Source of the DNA: Mytilus edulis
Lineage: Eukaryota
Assembly (NCBI RefSeq): GCF_963676685.1
Contig: NC_092352.1
Coordinates: forward strand, 30,256,001 to 30,320,000
Direction of reading: 5' to 3'
DNA: 64,000 nucleotides
A program made the position numbers and the translations under genes. Of the stretch, positions 12,707 through 26,164 are shown in pieces (positions within the stretch are counted from its first letter, which is position 1; every line of letters begins with the position of its first letter). The notes beneath the pieces were generated by a model, which searched no databases, was not told the DNA's origin, and saw nothing but the letters and a program-made list of their open reading frames with translations.

Positions 12707-13077
12707 TATAATCAACCAAAATTTTCCCACGAAAGGGGGGGGGGGGGGCGCCCGCCCCCCCCCTGGATCCGCCTATGTTATATTATAAATGACTCATAAG
12801 AAATATAACAATAAGATGTGCTTTGATTACCAACAAGACAACCACCCACAAAAGACACACTGACGATGAGTTAAACAATTATAGTTCACCGCGTATGGTC
12901 TTCAACAGTATGGACAGAACACATCTATTCTATAGTTTATTTAACACATAAGATGTATATTCGTACATTAGGGAGGTTATAACGGAACAGAAATCACATC
13001 AAATACAAAAACATAGATTGATTGATTTCAAAGTGGTTATACAAATTGATTCATTTAAACACAATTTTGAAATAGTG

Positions 13078-13190
13078 CTTTCAGTGTAACTTACTTCTAC
13101 ACTTACTTTCAGTGTAACTTACTTCTACACTTACTTTCAGTGTAACTTACTTCTACACTTACTTTCAGAGTAACTTAACTTACTTCTACA
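13078..13190. repeat. 28-bp minisatellite, about 4 copies
   Basis: ctttcagtgtaacttacttctacactta repeated in tandem. Confidence 0.85.
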
Positions 13191-14617
13191 TGGCGGGATG
13201 GATCCGTTTTGATTTGATTTATGTTTAAACGCTCATTTTTAAATTATTATTTTTTTAGATATTTGTAACTATAAGCCAATTGTGATGATCTATAACTCGG
13301 GCTTGATAATATGGAACATACAGACGCTCGGGCTTCAAGGTTTGGGGATTCGACACAAATTTATTTTTTATCAAACATAAATTGCCATATTGATCTCTAA
13401 TAAGACCGATCATGATCATGATGATAACCACACTGGGGTAGTTTTGCAGTTAACTTTTTAACACTGTTAGATAAACCATGCCCCGTCATATCGTATCAAT
13501 TACCAGAAACTTTGGTTAAATCGAATCAAATTAGACAATGTGTCGTGTTGTGAGTTTGATATCAGCGTCAGTTGCAAGAAAAAGACTTACATATGAAGAA
13601 GATCTCACTGCATGTCTCTGTAAAAAAGTAAAATAAAATAAATACCAACCTCCAAGGGAAAATCAAAACGTCCATTATACAATGGAAAAAAATAAACGCG
13701 TGTTTAAATCTTTGTTTATTATCTGAACAAAATTTCATGTTTCGAAACCAGACATTATTCTTTTCAGTTCTTTTATGATCTTTTATGAAGAAAGTATCCA
13801 AAAATACCGAACTCAAAGGAAAATTAAAATCAGAAAATCTTTTATCAATTGGCAAAATAAAAAGCCTCAATGCACCAAACGAATGGAAAAGAATTATCAT
13901 AATCATGACTTGGTACAGGCATTACTATACGTAGCCAACAACTCATCAAATATACCAGGTTTAGGATTTAGCACGCCAGACGCACGTTTCCTCTATATAA
14001 GACCTTTCAATGACCTTCAAATTAAAACAGTTGGAATCCCAAACCAAAAATCAAATATGAACAGGATCGAAAATCAAATGTTGCAAAATCTGGATAATGC
14101 TATCTTTGTATGATGGAGGAAACCTTAATGTTGAGAATGATTTTGACACATTATCAGTTAATGTGATTCTTCACAGTTAAATAAAATATCACAAGAAAAT
14201 ACTGCTCACTTAAATGAAATTTGATGAATGGGCAAGGTATGAAAACTTACCACTTAAACCAGAAAAGGATATATTTTGTAATACATATGATTTATTTGTT
14301 TGTATTTGACTTATTTTTTTATTAAACGAAGAATCCTTAAATGTGTATTATTGATAATCTATGAAATCATTTTAAGGAAATTATTCTTAAAATGATCAAT
14401 GATTATGTAAAATCACTGGTCATTTTCTGTACTTCTACATCCCGTTATTGTGTTATTGTTCTATCATAATATTTGCATTTTGTCTTTTAATTTTGCTAAT
14501 ATTCTTTGTCTATATGCCTTTTTGTGTTACTTTTTTTTTACATTTGACGTGGCTCTGTTCTTATACATCCCGCATTGTGTTATTGTTCTATGATAATTTC
14601 TGTATTCTTGTCTTTCA

Positions 14618-15573
14618 TTTTTATACGACCCCAACAAAAAATTGGGATCGCATAATGGTATGATGTCGTCGTCTGCGTCGTCGTCGTCCGAAGACACATT
14701 GGTTTCCGGATAATAACTTTAGTTTGAGTGATTAGATCTTTATAAATTTTTTTCAGAAGGTTCAATACCACAAAAGAAAGGTTTGGGATCGATTTTGGGG
14801 GTGATGGTCCCAACCGTTTAGGAAAAAGGGGCCCAAAACAAGCATTTTTCTAGTTTCAGGATAATAACTTGTGTACAAGTATTTCAATTGCTCTGACATT
14901 ATACTGCAATATTTAAAGCAACAAGTAGAAGGTTTGGAATCATTTAAGGGGTTATGGGGTCAAAGTTTAGGAATTTTAAAAGGGCCAAAAAGGGGTCAAA
15001 ACAAGCATTTTTCTAGTTTCCAGACAATAACTTGTGTGTAATTGTATGGATCTCTCTGAAATTGTACCACAATGTACCATATAACAAAGGGGAGGCTGGA
15101 ATTAGGGGCCAAAAAAGGGCAAAAAAGAAGCATGTTTCTAGTTTCCAAACAATCATGACAATAACTTGTGTTTAAGTGTATGGATCTCTCCGAAATTGTA
15201 CTACAAGGTTCAATACTACAAAGGAAAGCATGGAATTGAGTTTAAGGGTTATTGCTCCAAGGGGGGTTTCAAAACATTGGGGGGATGTTTTGTTTACCAT
15301 TTTTTAAAGGGATTCCTTTTTTTTCAAAAAATTTCAAATTTCTAATTTTGAAAAGTTTCAAGAAGAAATCTTCAATAGCACAGTATTGTGCAATAGATTT
15401 GTTAGATCTTTGATCACATTAATTTGGTGACAAAAACCTATATTATGTCAAAAATTGATCACAATTCAAATTAAGACAGTATCAAGATTGAATATTGTGA
15501 CCAAATTTGCCCCAACTGTTCAGGGTTCAACCACTGGGGTCGTATAAAGCTGCGCCCTGCGGAGCACCTAGTT
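14618..15573. mobile_element. Helentron-associated (HINE-like) element
   Basis: TTTTATACGACC start, (GTC)n, internal aaacaagcatttttctagtttc repeats and a GGTCGTATAAAGCTGCGCCCTGCGGAGC end. Confidence 0.65.
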
Positions 15574-16809
15574 GCTAATATGCTATGGTCTATATGCCTT
15601 TTTGTGTTTCGTTGTTTCATATGACGTTGCTCTGTACTTATACATCCCGTCATTGTGTTATTGTGCCATGGTAAATGTTTGTTTACATATTTTTTTTGTT
15701 TTTATAGTGATTAAGATACTGACACAATGTTGTCTGCTGTACCCCTTTTTTTACATTTTAACCTACAATGTTTGTTCACATATCGTTATCAATATTATGG
15801 AATTTTATGCGACTGTCATACAAGTGAGAGGTTTATCTAGCTATAAAACCAAGTTTAATCCACCATTTTCTACAGAAAAAAATGTCTGTCCAAGTCAGGA
15901 ATATGACAGTTGTTGTCCATTCGTTCGATGTGTTTGAGCTTTTAATATTGCCGTTTTGATTATGAACTTTCCGTTTTCAATTTCCGTCGGAGTTGAGTAT
16001 CTTTGTGATTTTACTTTTGTCATTGGTTTGTTGCAAAATCCTTGAAAAATCAGTGATTCTGCATATCTCTAATTATACAAATCCACTGTGACATATATAG
16101 ATTGAGTTGAAACATTAGTTCTAATATTGATGATGTATGTTGTTGAACATTATATAGTTTGTTCTTGGCCTTGATATAGTATGTTATTGATCTTTATACA
16201 GTATGTGTCTCTTTTACACATGCCTACATCTCTTTATTTTCATGCAGCTGTCATATATATGACAAGATAAAACAAAATATAAATCGAGATAGTTATTGAT
16301 GAATTCTAATTTATAAATCAGATCTAACTTTTTCTTATTGACTTGCATATTATGCAGGAATCAGGTTTTTTGGTTGGTAATATTTCATGCATTTTTCTCA
16401 TATGGTCACCGACTTCGTTTTTTGTCTAGTGATCAAATTGTTAACTTTTTTTGTGGTGAAAAACGTGAAAAAATCAACGTTTTACGGACTGCAACGCGAT
16501 GACGTTACGAATATTTCGACGTTTTATTGTGACCCTATCTTTATTTTTTTATCGTTAAAACGTTCAAACCTTAAATCATTTGTTTAGATAATGTGCTGGA
16601 AATCTATTTAGAGTGTACTGTTTTAAAAACGAGAAATGAGAGTGATGATTACTAGTATAAACAAAGAACATGCTACATTACATCTATTTAGAAAAATCAA
16701 TAAAATAAATCAAGATGATAGAAGGCCAATACATATCTAACTTGGCATTTAAAAAAAAAAAAAGATTATAAAGATGGATAATTTTACTGATTTTCTTTTA
16801 GGTTCACAA

Positions 16810-17700
16810 ATGACAGTCAACAAGCATAGACTCATAGCCTATTGTGCTTCTGGAATCGCATTTCGGATGGTTAGCACTGCCTACAGTTTCTATTATGTCA
16901 AAGTGTTCATGAATCTATATCACATCGAGGCATATTGGTTTCAGATGGCACAACTAGTATACCTAACATGGAATGTCATAAACGATCCTTTATTTGGTTA
17001 TATTCTAGATAGCAAAAGATTGAGAATTACAAAAACAAGACGAGAAAGTATTTTATATTGTGGGCCTATATTAGTAACAACATTCATTATACCATGGTTA
17101 CCATGGGGAGATAATTCATGGGTTGTAGGACTACATCTAATTGTAAGTCTCGTTTCTTGGGACACAGTATGTACATTTATGTCACTTACTATGTCTGCAT
17201 TGTTTGTGGAACTTTCTGACAAAACAGAGGACAGAATACTACTGACGAAATATTACCATACTGCGTGTATATTAGGCACGCCAACGGTTTTATTACTAGA
17301 GTTTACATCGGACAGTCTTAGCAACTTTAAAACCTTTCAATTAACGACATTACTGATAGCAGTTTGTTCCGGTTTATTATTTCTTTACGCAGGAATTAAT
17401 ATTTCTAGTCCTTATGACCCGAATACAATTAAAAGGACTAATTCAGACATACATGTAGATCAAGGTAATGAAATAAGTGAAAATATTTCAGAAGGAAATG
17501 AATCTTATTGCACCCAAGTTTGCCAGTATTTATCAGATGCTAACTTTATTGCTTTTGCTGTCACCTTCTTCTTTCACGTTTTTCATAAATATTTTGTAAA
17601 TAATTTCATCGCCATAGTTTGTGATCACTTAATTCCAGATGATGTGTTTCCGAAAGATGCCAGAAAGATTTTTTATGGTGGAATCCCTTTAATATCTGCA
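16810..17700 (+). CDS. MFSD13A: TMEM180/MFSD13A-like copy B, coding exon 1 (gene 16810-17700, 18346-18500, 21081-21164, 22588-22852; ~464 aa)
   Basis: ATG at 16810 aligns with the paralog starts and follows acceptor ttcttttag (ends 16801). WNVINDPLFG motif. GTAAGT donor at 17701. Confidence 0.87.
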
Positions 17701-18345
17701 GTAAGTTGAATAGTGAGGGTTTGATGTGTCGGCGACAATCTGTGTGATTTTGACATTTGTAATTGAGACAAGTAAATGTAATATTATGAATAAAATGACA
17801 AGTATTCAATGAATGATCATACATGTTCAAGAAGCTATATGACAGTATATGTAATTCTATGATGCGTTTATTAATATGACCTTCTTACTGTTTTATGAAA
17901 GAGGGACGAAAGATACCAGAGGGAACGTCAAACTCATAGATAGAAAATAAACTGAAAACTTCATGGCTAAAAATAAAAAGACAAACAGACAAATAATAGT
18001 ACACAAGACACAACATAGAAAACTAAAGACTAAGCAACTAGAACCCCACCAAAAGCTGGGGGTGATCTCAAGTGATCCGGAAGGGTAAGCAGATCCTGCT
18101 CCATATGTGGTTATTATTTGAGCACCACTGAAGAGTCTTCAAAGTATATGAAACGAGCGTGGTATCGTTTTTTATTTTTGTTATCTTTATTTACCAAAGT
18201 CATAACACCTATAGGCATACAACATATAAACTACACAAAGTATACATAAATAGCAGAAGGTAATGTGCGAAACATATTACATCATCTTAGGTCGTAATTT
18301 TTTTGCACGAAATATAAATTTACCCACATTACATAATTCTCTTAG

Positions 18346-18500
18346 ATATGTGTGGTATTTGGAGCGTCGTTTGCGACGAGATACTCTTACTACAAAGTGG
18401 TACAATCAGTCTATGGATCCATGGTACTAGCAGGATTTATTATGCTATATATTGGACAAGAGCATACTTGGTGCCTAATCATATTCCTGATGCTTGATAG
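18346..18500 (+). CDS. MFSD13A: MFSD13A-like copy B, exon 2
   Basis: 155 nt, AG/GT bounded; encodes ICVVFG...IGQEHTWCLIIFLMLD. Confidence 0.87.
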
Positions 18501-18615
18501 GTAAACATATTTATATAGTGTAAGAAGTTTATTCATCCTTTTATTTGTTACGTCTAGACATTTTCATCTAAATAAAAAAAAAACGAACAACAAATAGACC
18601 ATTTAAAGTATAATA

Positions 18616-20935
18616 CACGGGTGTCATTCGGTTTATCGAGAGAAATGATCGTGAAAGAATATCCAACGGCGGTCAAGTATTGAGAGACGATCGTGAAAGT
18701 TCTGGTAACGGATCGTGAAAGACATTTAATCGAGAAGACATATGCAAGGTCAGTAAATATTCTAATTTAATTAATTACACAGACACATTTACGACAAAAT
18801 ATAACTGTCTGTCAAAATGGTTCAACATTATGATCAGTATGTCAGAATATCCAGATTCAAAAGTACATAGTTATTACAAAACGACAAAAGGCAGATTGCT
18901 TCTCGACATTTCAATGACATAAAAAATGTAAACAAACACGATTTTTTCACAAATTCGACTAGATAAACTAATTTTATCAGATTAAGGGTATTGTATTTGA
19001 ATTAATTAAACGGTTCTCATAGTTATTTTGTATAAATATAATCTGAAACTTGGTAAATAAAGAACTATTTACACAAAATTGATTTTTTGGATCGTGAAAG
19101 ATCACGTACCGCATTTTTGAAGATCGTGAAAATGATCGTGAAAGATCTGATGCTACGAAGACGTTCAAATTATTCTTCAATTATATGACAATTGATATTT
19201 GTTATTGGTATTGAGAAAGGCTAGATAGGTCAACATCCTCAATAGGTTTAAGCATTTCCAAGTATTAATATAGAAAATGAAAAGAAAAAGAAATAACAAC
19301 TACGGCAATAAGAAAAGACAATGGGTGACAAAACGAAAAAAACAATCCAGGATTCGTTAAGCTTTAGGATAACTGTCTGTTGTTATGATTGTAAGGTGTA
19401 CATTTTCGACTTGTGCAAGGTTTCGACTAACATTGAACTCAATATCATGCATCATTCGGCAATGTTTGTTTTATGTTGTTTGGCCTTTTGAATATATACC
19501 TGTATGCTATAGCGACAAGGTGTTTCGTGTATGGTGTACATGAATGTCTGCATGTTTCATATATGACCATGATGGCTTCAATTGTGTTTGATTTATTGAA
19601 TGATAGTAAGATGTCTATGTCTGGCTGTCGGTCAGGGTTCATATACTTTTGACCTTATGTTCCGAATTAATTGGCCAAGCATAACCTTTACATGTGTCAG
19701 TTTCTAAGGCACTGTAAGGATCGGAACACATTTATTTGGTGTACGGGATATTTGTAGAGATCTGTATGGCATGATTCATCTGACCTTGACCTTGTTTATG
19801 ACAATCTTAAGCGCATTTGACACTTCTAGTAAAACCCTTGATATTATAGACGTTCAACAAATATACTATCATAAGTAAAGCAAGTTCAACAAATATACTA
19901 TCATAAGAAAAGCAAGTTCAACAAATATACTATCATAAGTAAAGCAAACAAGACATTACAGCATTTGCGCTTTGGTATTCTATAGTATGTCCTATATAGT
20001 TAAATCAATCGTTATCTGCGTTGTTTATAGAGAACTTAAAAAGTTCTGTTGCACAAAACGTTGGTTATCGTTCAATCCCAAATTACACATGAAATGTGCT
20101 GTTTTTGCTATGATTTTTTGTTTGATAGATAACATTTTGGTTTAAACGTTGCATATCCGTATTATTGGCTAACTAGAGTCGGTCTGCCTGAAGTGCACTA
20201 GACCGATTCACAGAGCTGAATCGTTCTCACTTATTTAGACACGTTATTAGTTGTTGTTTTTTTAACTTTCGAGGTAAAGTGTTGAATAGAAAAAAAGATA
20301 ATAGCTTTAATGTTCATCCTTATCAAAATAGTTACAGGCTTCAACCACTTGCAGATTTATCAAATGGTAAAAGAAATACTGATTTCTGATTACTAGTATT
20401 AAGTATGGTCACGCATTTTCTTTCACGATCGAAATAATACATTGCCTGATTTTTCACGATCAAGTTTGATGGAAATTCAACAAATTCAAGGTTTTAATAA
20501 ACAAATTAACGCTTTTAATGGAAGAACATACTTTAATTTTACTGTACTATCAGATGCACCAAAGATTAAATTTCAAATATATCATGATATTCTGAAATAT
20601 GACCATTATAGGTACAAAAAGCGTGTTATTTGTAATTAATTTCATAGACACGCATTGCGCCTTTTGTGTTTTTTCAAAAAGTACTTCATATTTTCTTTAT
20701 CTTCTTTCACAGAAATGTTGAGGAAGTTAAACCATTTTGACAGACATATTTTTTTGTTCGGATTTGTTCCGTGTTTTGAAAATTAAGTGATTTTTTCAAA
20801 GATTCTGAACTAGAATGTACATTAAATGTCTTTCACGATCCGTTACCAGAACTTTCACGATCGTCTCTCAATACTTGACCGCCGTTAAATATTCTTTCAC
20901 GATCATTTCTCTCGATAAACCGAATGACACCCGTG
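18616..20935. mobile_element. 2.3-kb non-autonomous DNA transposon with 115-bp TIRs (CACGGG...CCCGTG)
   Basis: TIRs at 18616-18730 and 20821-20935 with 2 mismatches, flanked by TAATA on both sides. Repeated GATCGTGAAA motifs. Internal 32-bp x3 tandem repeat at 19852-19947. Confidence 0.85.
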
Positions 20936-21080
20936 TAATAAAGGAACTCACAAATATTAACCTATAAAAACAGTAGAAATATTTCAAAAACATTAAACAT
21001 AAAGTGTCCAATATGATCATAGGGGTTTGAAAGACTCCGAGATATGAATATTATTTGCTACATATTTATTTTTCTTTTAG

Positions 21081-21164
21081 CTGTGCGATAAGTGTTGTTT
21101 ACGCTTTCTTTGGTATGGCACAAGCAGATCTAGCTGATATCAACAAAACTAAATATAAACGAGG
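21081..21164 (+). CDS. MFSD13A: MFSD13A-like copy B, exon 3
   Basis: 84 nt; ttcttttag acceptor and GTAAGT donor; encodes CAISVVYAFFGMAQADLADIN. Confidence 0.85.
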
Positions 21165-22587
21165 GTAAGTATTTCAAGTTTTTCTGTATCAATATGTATT
21201 TTAATTTAAAATACATAATATATTATGACAAAAGTTATCACTACTTAAATTAATTCTTCTTCATAGAAAAATAGTACCTATGTACGACTATAACAAAACA
21301 AAACAAAATTCAAAAGTAAAGAAAAGAAAGAACCGAACTAGTCAAACATTGGTACAACAGAAGATTGAAAAAGAAGGAAAAGAATCCAAAAACAAGACAG
21401 ACATAAAATATGTAATAATGTATTTAAATACTTCACTCTATAGATTTGCGCCAAACACACCTAACAGCAAGATAAAACATAGGAGAACACAACCGTTTAG
21501 CAATACATATCATAATATAAAGAACTTTTGATATTTTTACTATTTTTACAAGTGTGGACATAAATTGATGCGGATAATAATAGCTTGGTTTGATTCATGT
21601 TTTCTAACATGCCGAACTTGAATTTCACGATATCCATTGAAGACAGTCAATCTGGATTTCAGATTGGCACAAAATACTCATCAAATACTCAAAATTAGTA
21701 TTTGGTCACCCTTGTTACTATTATTTTTATTATTTTTCCTAATACATAATTCAAGTTCCTACCAATTATACAAGATGTACTGACGATTATCTCGTTCTTG
21801 TATCCATTTGATTTTTATTTTGCTTTTTTCAAAAATATATTAGTTATACTTTTATACTTGCTTGTCTGTCTGCAAAAAAAAATCATATTTATGTTCATAC
21901 CTGGTTCATACCTGGTCACAGGACAATCAGTAGTGTAGGTAATCTCGAGGGACAATTTAGACAAAACGTTAATATTTTATCTAGTCGATTTCATGCATTG
22001 TTATTATTTCTTATGTAATTCATGCAAAATGTTGTAATTTTGATAAATATTTTTATGTCATCAATTAAATTACGGAGTTTGTGTCGATTTGGTGGAAATG
22101 AATTTGATATCTTATGTTCCTTTAATCAGCTACTGCATTGAGAACCTCACTTTCCCAGATATTTAAAAAAACAAAACAACGATGAATATAGTAAATTAAA
22201 AAAAAACATTGAATGAGTCGATTGGTGTTGGTTGCACAAGTGAAGACCTTTTTCTGTAATACACACAGATACGAAATACATACAATAAAAGGGATATACG
22301 TGAAGGAGACAGCAACAAAAACAAACAGATTGAACAATAAACAGGCATCTATACAGTATGTCAATCTAAGTCGTGCCGAGTCTTTACATTTTAGAAATTT
22401 GAACAAAAATATTCAAAGCTCTGCAACATAACTTTTGATATGTCTAGCTTACTAATATTAGTGCATGGTTATTATTGATTACCCTTTACGAACCTTGAAC
22501 TGACTTATTTGTGTGTGTTCATTTCTTTGCCCACGTTTGCTTTATCTTCCAATTTGCTTATGTTAAATACTTACCTTTATGTTTCAG

Positions 22588-22852
22588 AAGACCTTTATCT
22601 TCCATGGTATTTGGAACCAGTTCATTGATAGCAAGACCGGCGATTTCCTTGTCTCCAATGTTCGTAGCAGCTATATTAGACATATATGGATATAGTCAGC
22701 TGAAAGGGACAGACTCTTCTCTTGAACTTAAACATGCGATGTTTATGTTAGTGTGCTGTTATCCAATAATTATTGGATCGATACAATTTGTATCATGGTC
22801 CTTTTTTAAAATCCCATGTAAATCAGAAAATACTATTCTAATTGAGACTTAG
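22588..22852 (+). CDS. MFSD13A: MFSD13A-like copy B, last exon
   Basis: gtttcag acceptor; encodes RPLSSMVFGTSSLIARPA...WSFFKI and the stop. Confidence 0.87.
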
Positions 22853-23147
22853 TGTGTCTGTAATCAAAAATATTTAGCTGTAAGAAGTGTCAATACTGTG
22901 TATCATTTGGCACATCTGGCATACTAAATTATAATTCTGGTACCTTTGATAACTATTTGATAATTATTTCATACCATGCTCTAAGTAATAAGCATAATAT
23001 AAGCGAGGTGTAAAAATGTTGACACATATGATACCTACTCTTGTATAAATGGGTAAAGAAAAAAGTAAAATCACAAAAATACTGAACTCCCTAATCAAAT
23101 GCCAAAATCAAAAGCTCAACCACATCAAACGAATGGATACCAACTGT

Positions 23148-23855
23148 CATCTATCCCATCGAACTAGAGATACAGGATACTAAAGATACAGTAAAGTCGG
23201 CCTCATATCTTGACTTTCATCTAGAAATTGACAATGAGGGTCGGTTGAAAACAAAACTTTACTACAAAATAGATGATTTCAGCTTTCCAATTGTGAACTT
23301 TCCATTTCTAAGTAGCAACATTCCAGCAGCACCTGCATACGGGGTATATATCTCTCAATTGATACGATATTCCCGTGCTTGCATTTCCTATCATGATTTT
23401 CTTGATAGAGGGTTGCTGCTCACAAGGAAACTATTAAACCAAGAGTTCCAAATGGTGAAGCTGAAATCATCCCTTCGTAAATTTTACGGACGCTATCACG
23501 AGTTGGTTGACCGTTATGAAATAACCGGGTCACAAATGATATTAGATATGTTCCTTACGTCGTAACTACAATCCCATTCCCTTTCATGAATGTGACCTAC
23601 CGAATTAGACTATTTACCGGACCGCAACACGACGGGTGCCAGATGTGGAGCAGGATCTGCTTACCCTTCCGAAGCACCTGAAATCACCCCTAGTTTTTGG
23701 TGGGGTTCGTGTTGTTTTTTCTTTAGTTTTCTATGTTGTGTCATGTGTACTATTGTTTGTCTGTTTGTCTTTTTCATTTTTAGCCATGGCGTTGTCAGTT
23801 TATTTTCAATTTATGAGTTTGACTGTCCCTTTGGTATCTTTCATCCTCTTTCATA
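23148..23855 (+). mobile_element. 5'-truncated Penelope-like retroelement (Naiad-type RT C-terminus) with its 3' region
   Basis: Translates YPIELEI...SASYLD...KTKLY..DDFSFPIVNFPFLSSNIPAAPAYGVYISQLIRYSRAC, with a stop at 23565 and no C-terminal GIY-YIG. The 3' non-coding part recurs at about 17900-18110 (-), 24170-24250 and 36420-36500. Confidence 0.75.
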
Positions 23856-25004
23856 GAACATGGTATGATTGAATTATCTCGATTCTAATTGAGGAGTGTA
23901 TAAATTTTACAATTAGAAGCGAACCTATGAAACGTGTTCAGAAGGCAGCCATTTTGAGTTGATCAAGCCAAAACAGTGTTAAAACCGTTTCACGATTAAA
24001 AAATGAAGTACAATTAAACTTACTGTAAAATTATTTTATTTTTTTAAATTTCCGAACGTGGAACACCAACACAAACATCCATTTTGATCTGCGATGTTGT
24101 CAAAGATACAAGTTACGTTACAATTTTTATTCAATCACGTGCGCCCTGCCCCATGTTCTTTATTGGAATATTTTTAGCCATGGCGTTGTCAGTTTATTTT
24201 TGATCTATGAATTTGACTGTCCCTCTGGTATCTTTCGCCCCTCTTTTAGATTACAGCTTTGTTTATATAAGGAAAGACCGTACAATTAGAATGAGCTATT
24301 TTAGCCTTTGTTAATCTTCGTTGAGTGTTTTATTCTTAAATATTAATATCTGTTTTTTTTATTTTGTAAAGATTGGGTTGGGTGGGATGGGTTTAAGTTG
24401 GGGTGGATGTTGCTTTGGCGTGGAAGTATGATTTTGATATGTTAGTTGGTTTATTTCTTTCATTATAATGTTTTTTTTCGATAATATACCGATGATGTGA
24501 TCGTCGATAAATACGTCATTTTTATGTCAAGTAAGTCAGATTGTTCAACACGCAGTTACTTTGTTTTAAATTATTCATGAAAAGTATGCTCAAGAGAGAC
24601 GATTACTGTGTCCCTAGTGGAGATATGTCAGCTGACCCTTCCGGGTTTTTTTGGTTGGGTTCGTGTTGCTCTGTAGTTTTTTGTGAAATTGTTTGTCTAT
24701 TAATCATCTTTCCATTTTTGCCATATCATTGTCTCGACCTTTGTGTTTCGAATATCCCCTTTGTTTCTTCCACCTCTTGTTTTCTTTGTCCGACAATAAA
24801 AACTTATATAAATTTTTATCGAAGGAATTTTTATTTCAGAACAGAATACATTGATTATAAGGCAACCAGCGAACTTTTTGTAAGTTGTTCATTCGAATGT
24901 CAGCTCGGACAATGTAAGCAGATTTAAAAATGTCAAATATGAGAATAAGGAAATATAGCGTCGGTACATGTCAGTAAAACATCTAGAGTTCAACATTTAA
25001 CAAA

Positions 25005-25280
25005 CCAACATGAATTATCATTGATATGCTTATATTTACAAATTAACTGTTAACAGAATTTTGAATTTTTGAAATACCAAGGCTTTTCTAACTCAGCAAT
25101 AGATTACCTTAGCTAAATTTGACAAAACTTTTAGGAATTTTGGTTCTCAATGCTCTTCAACGTCGTAGTTTATTTGGCCTTGTTTGGATTCGAGCGTCAA
25201 TGATGAGCCTTTTGTAGACGAAATGCGCGTCTGGCATATATACAAAATTTAATCCTGGTATCTATGATGAGTTTATTTCC
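25005..25280 (+). repeat. Retrozyme-like dispersed repeat with a degenerate hammerhead (25194-25236)
   Basis: gcgtca-aTGATGA-gcct..agac-GAAA-tgcgcg-TC-tggc. Homologous copies at about 13940-14030 (-), 29095-29210 (-), 56930-57030 (-), 18120 and 22910. Confidence 0.65.
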
Positions 25281-25439
25281 ATGATGTGAAATACTAAATC
25301 TTCCGGGTCTAGAAAAGTTTTGGATACTTACAACCAAGACTATCAAAGATCTATCACCTGCACCTCATTCCAATGAGAACGGAAACCTTTAAAATACGAC
25401 TTGAGATAACAACAGATAAGGTTCCTTCTTTTGATCAGG

Positions 25440-25595
25440 CAGTGGCGGATCCAGGAGGGTGGGGGTCCGGGGGTTGGAACCCCCCCTTTTTTTTTACGAT
25501 CAATGCATTTGAATGGGGACATGTTGTAGTTGGAAACTTCCTCTTTTTTGTCCTGGGTTAGGACCCCCTTTTTTAAATGGCTGGATCCACCCCTG
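25440..25595. mobile_element. CAGTGGCGGATCCAG MITE (hAT-like)
   Basis: TIRs cagtggcggatccag and ctggatccacccctg. Confidence 0.7.
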
Positions 25596-26164
25596 ACAGG
25601 CATATGCGTGCGACAGGTTATAACAGTTCATTATTCGACTTGTATTTGTCAGTGGAATAGCAACTGGTAAATACATCAATTTAGGCAACAGTATATTACC
25701 GATGTTCATATCTTACCAGTCGAAGAAGGTAAACCAATGTTACAAACACACACTGAGTGAATTGCATAAACTCCAAAAGGGGTGAGCCTGAATGTCGACA
25801 AAACAAATACCAGCCCAGGACTAGTTCTCAACTCGATAATATATAAATATATAATTTTATAAATATCATTACGAATATTACCATTATCTGCAATGATTAT
25901 TTCACATTTCTAGCCATTATGATATCATTATGGTAAATCAATGGTTATATTTTTGTTTGGATGTCGAATTCTAGCAACCTGTCTACGATTTATATTATTA
26001 AACGGCTTATAAATATATATATATAAATACCGGATGCTATTTTGTGCAATAGTGCATAAAACAGGTAACGCACTTTTATACGTCGTAATATTGGTAGATT
26101 ACAGTATGCGCATACGATGAATGATTTCATCGCGTTGTAGCAATATCATAGGAATAATATAGCC

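Larger units (their letters stand above)
7242..12777. mobile_element. CAGTGGCGGATCCAG...CTGGATCCGCCTATG MITE split by the BEL/Pao insertion (halves 7242-7345 and 12707-12777)
   Basis: Matching TIRs with ttata on both flanks. An uninterrupted homologous fragment at about 57110-57200 spans the junction. Confidence 0.75.

Noticed and set aside
13078-13190. 28-bp and 32-bp (19852-19947) direct repeats as CRISPR-like arrays
   Set aside because: Head-to-tail copies without spacers in eukaryotic DNA.
16774-16809. ATG at 16774 as the start of copy B
   Set aside because: It lies upstream of a clear acceptor ending at 16801; ATG at 16810 aligns with the paralogs.
18616-18730. RAG-like/ProtoRAG transposon because of CAC ends and a 5-bp TSD
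   Set aside because: No CACAGTG heptamer or nonamer-like block and no transposase; the TSD could be just TA.
23566-23640. SECIS element in the Penelope 3' region (some Naiads encode selenoproteins)
   Set aside because: No in-frame TGA in the fragment, and no convincing kink-turn stem could be built by eye.
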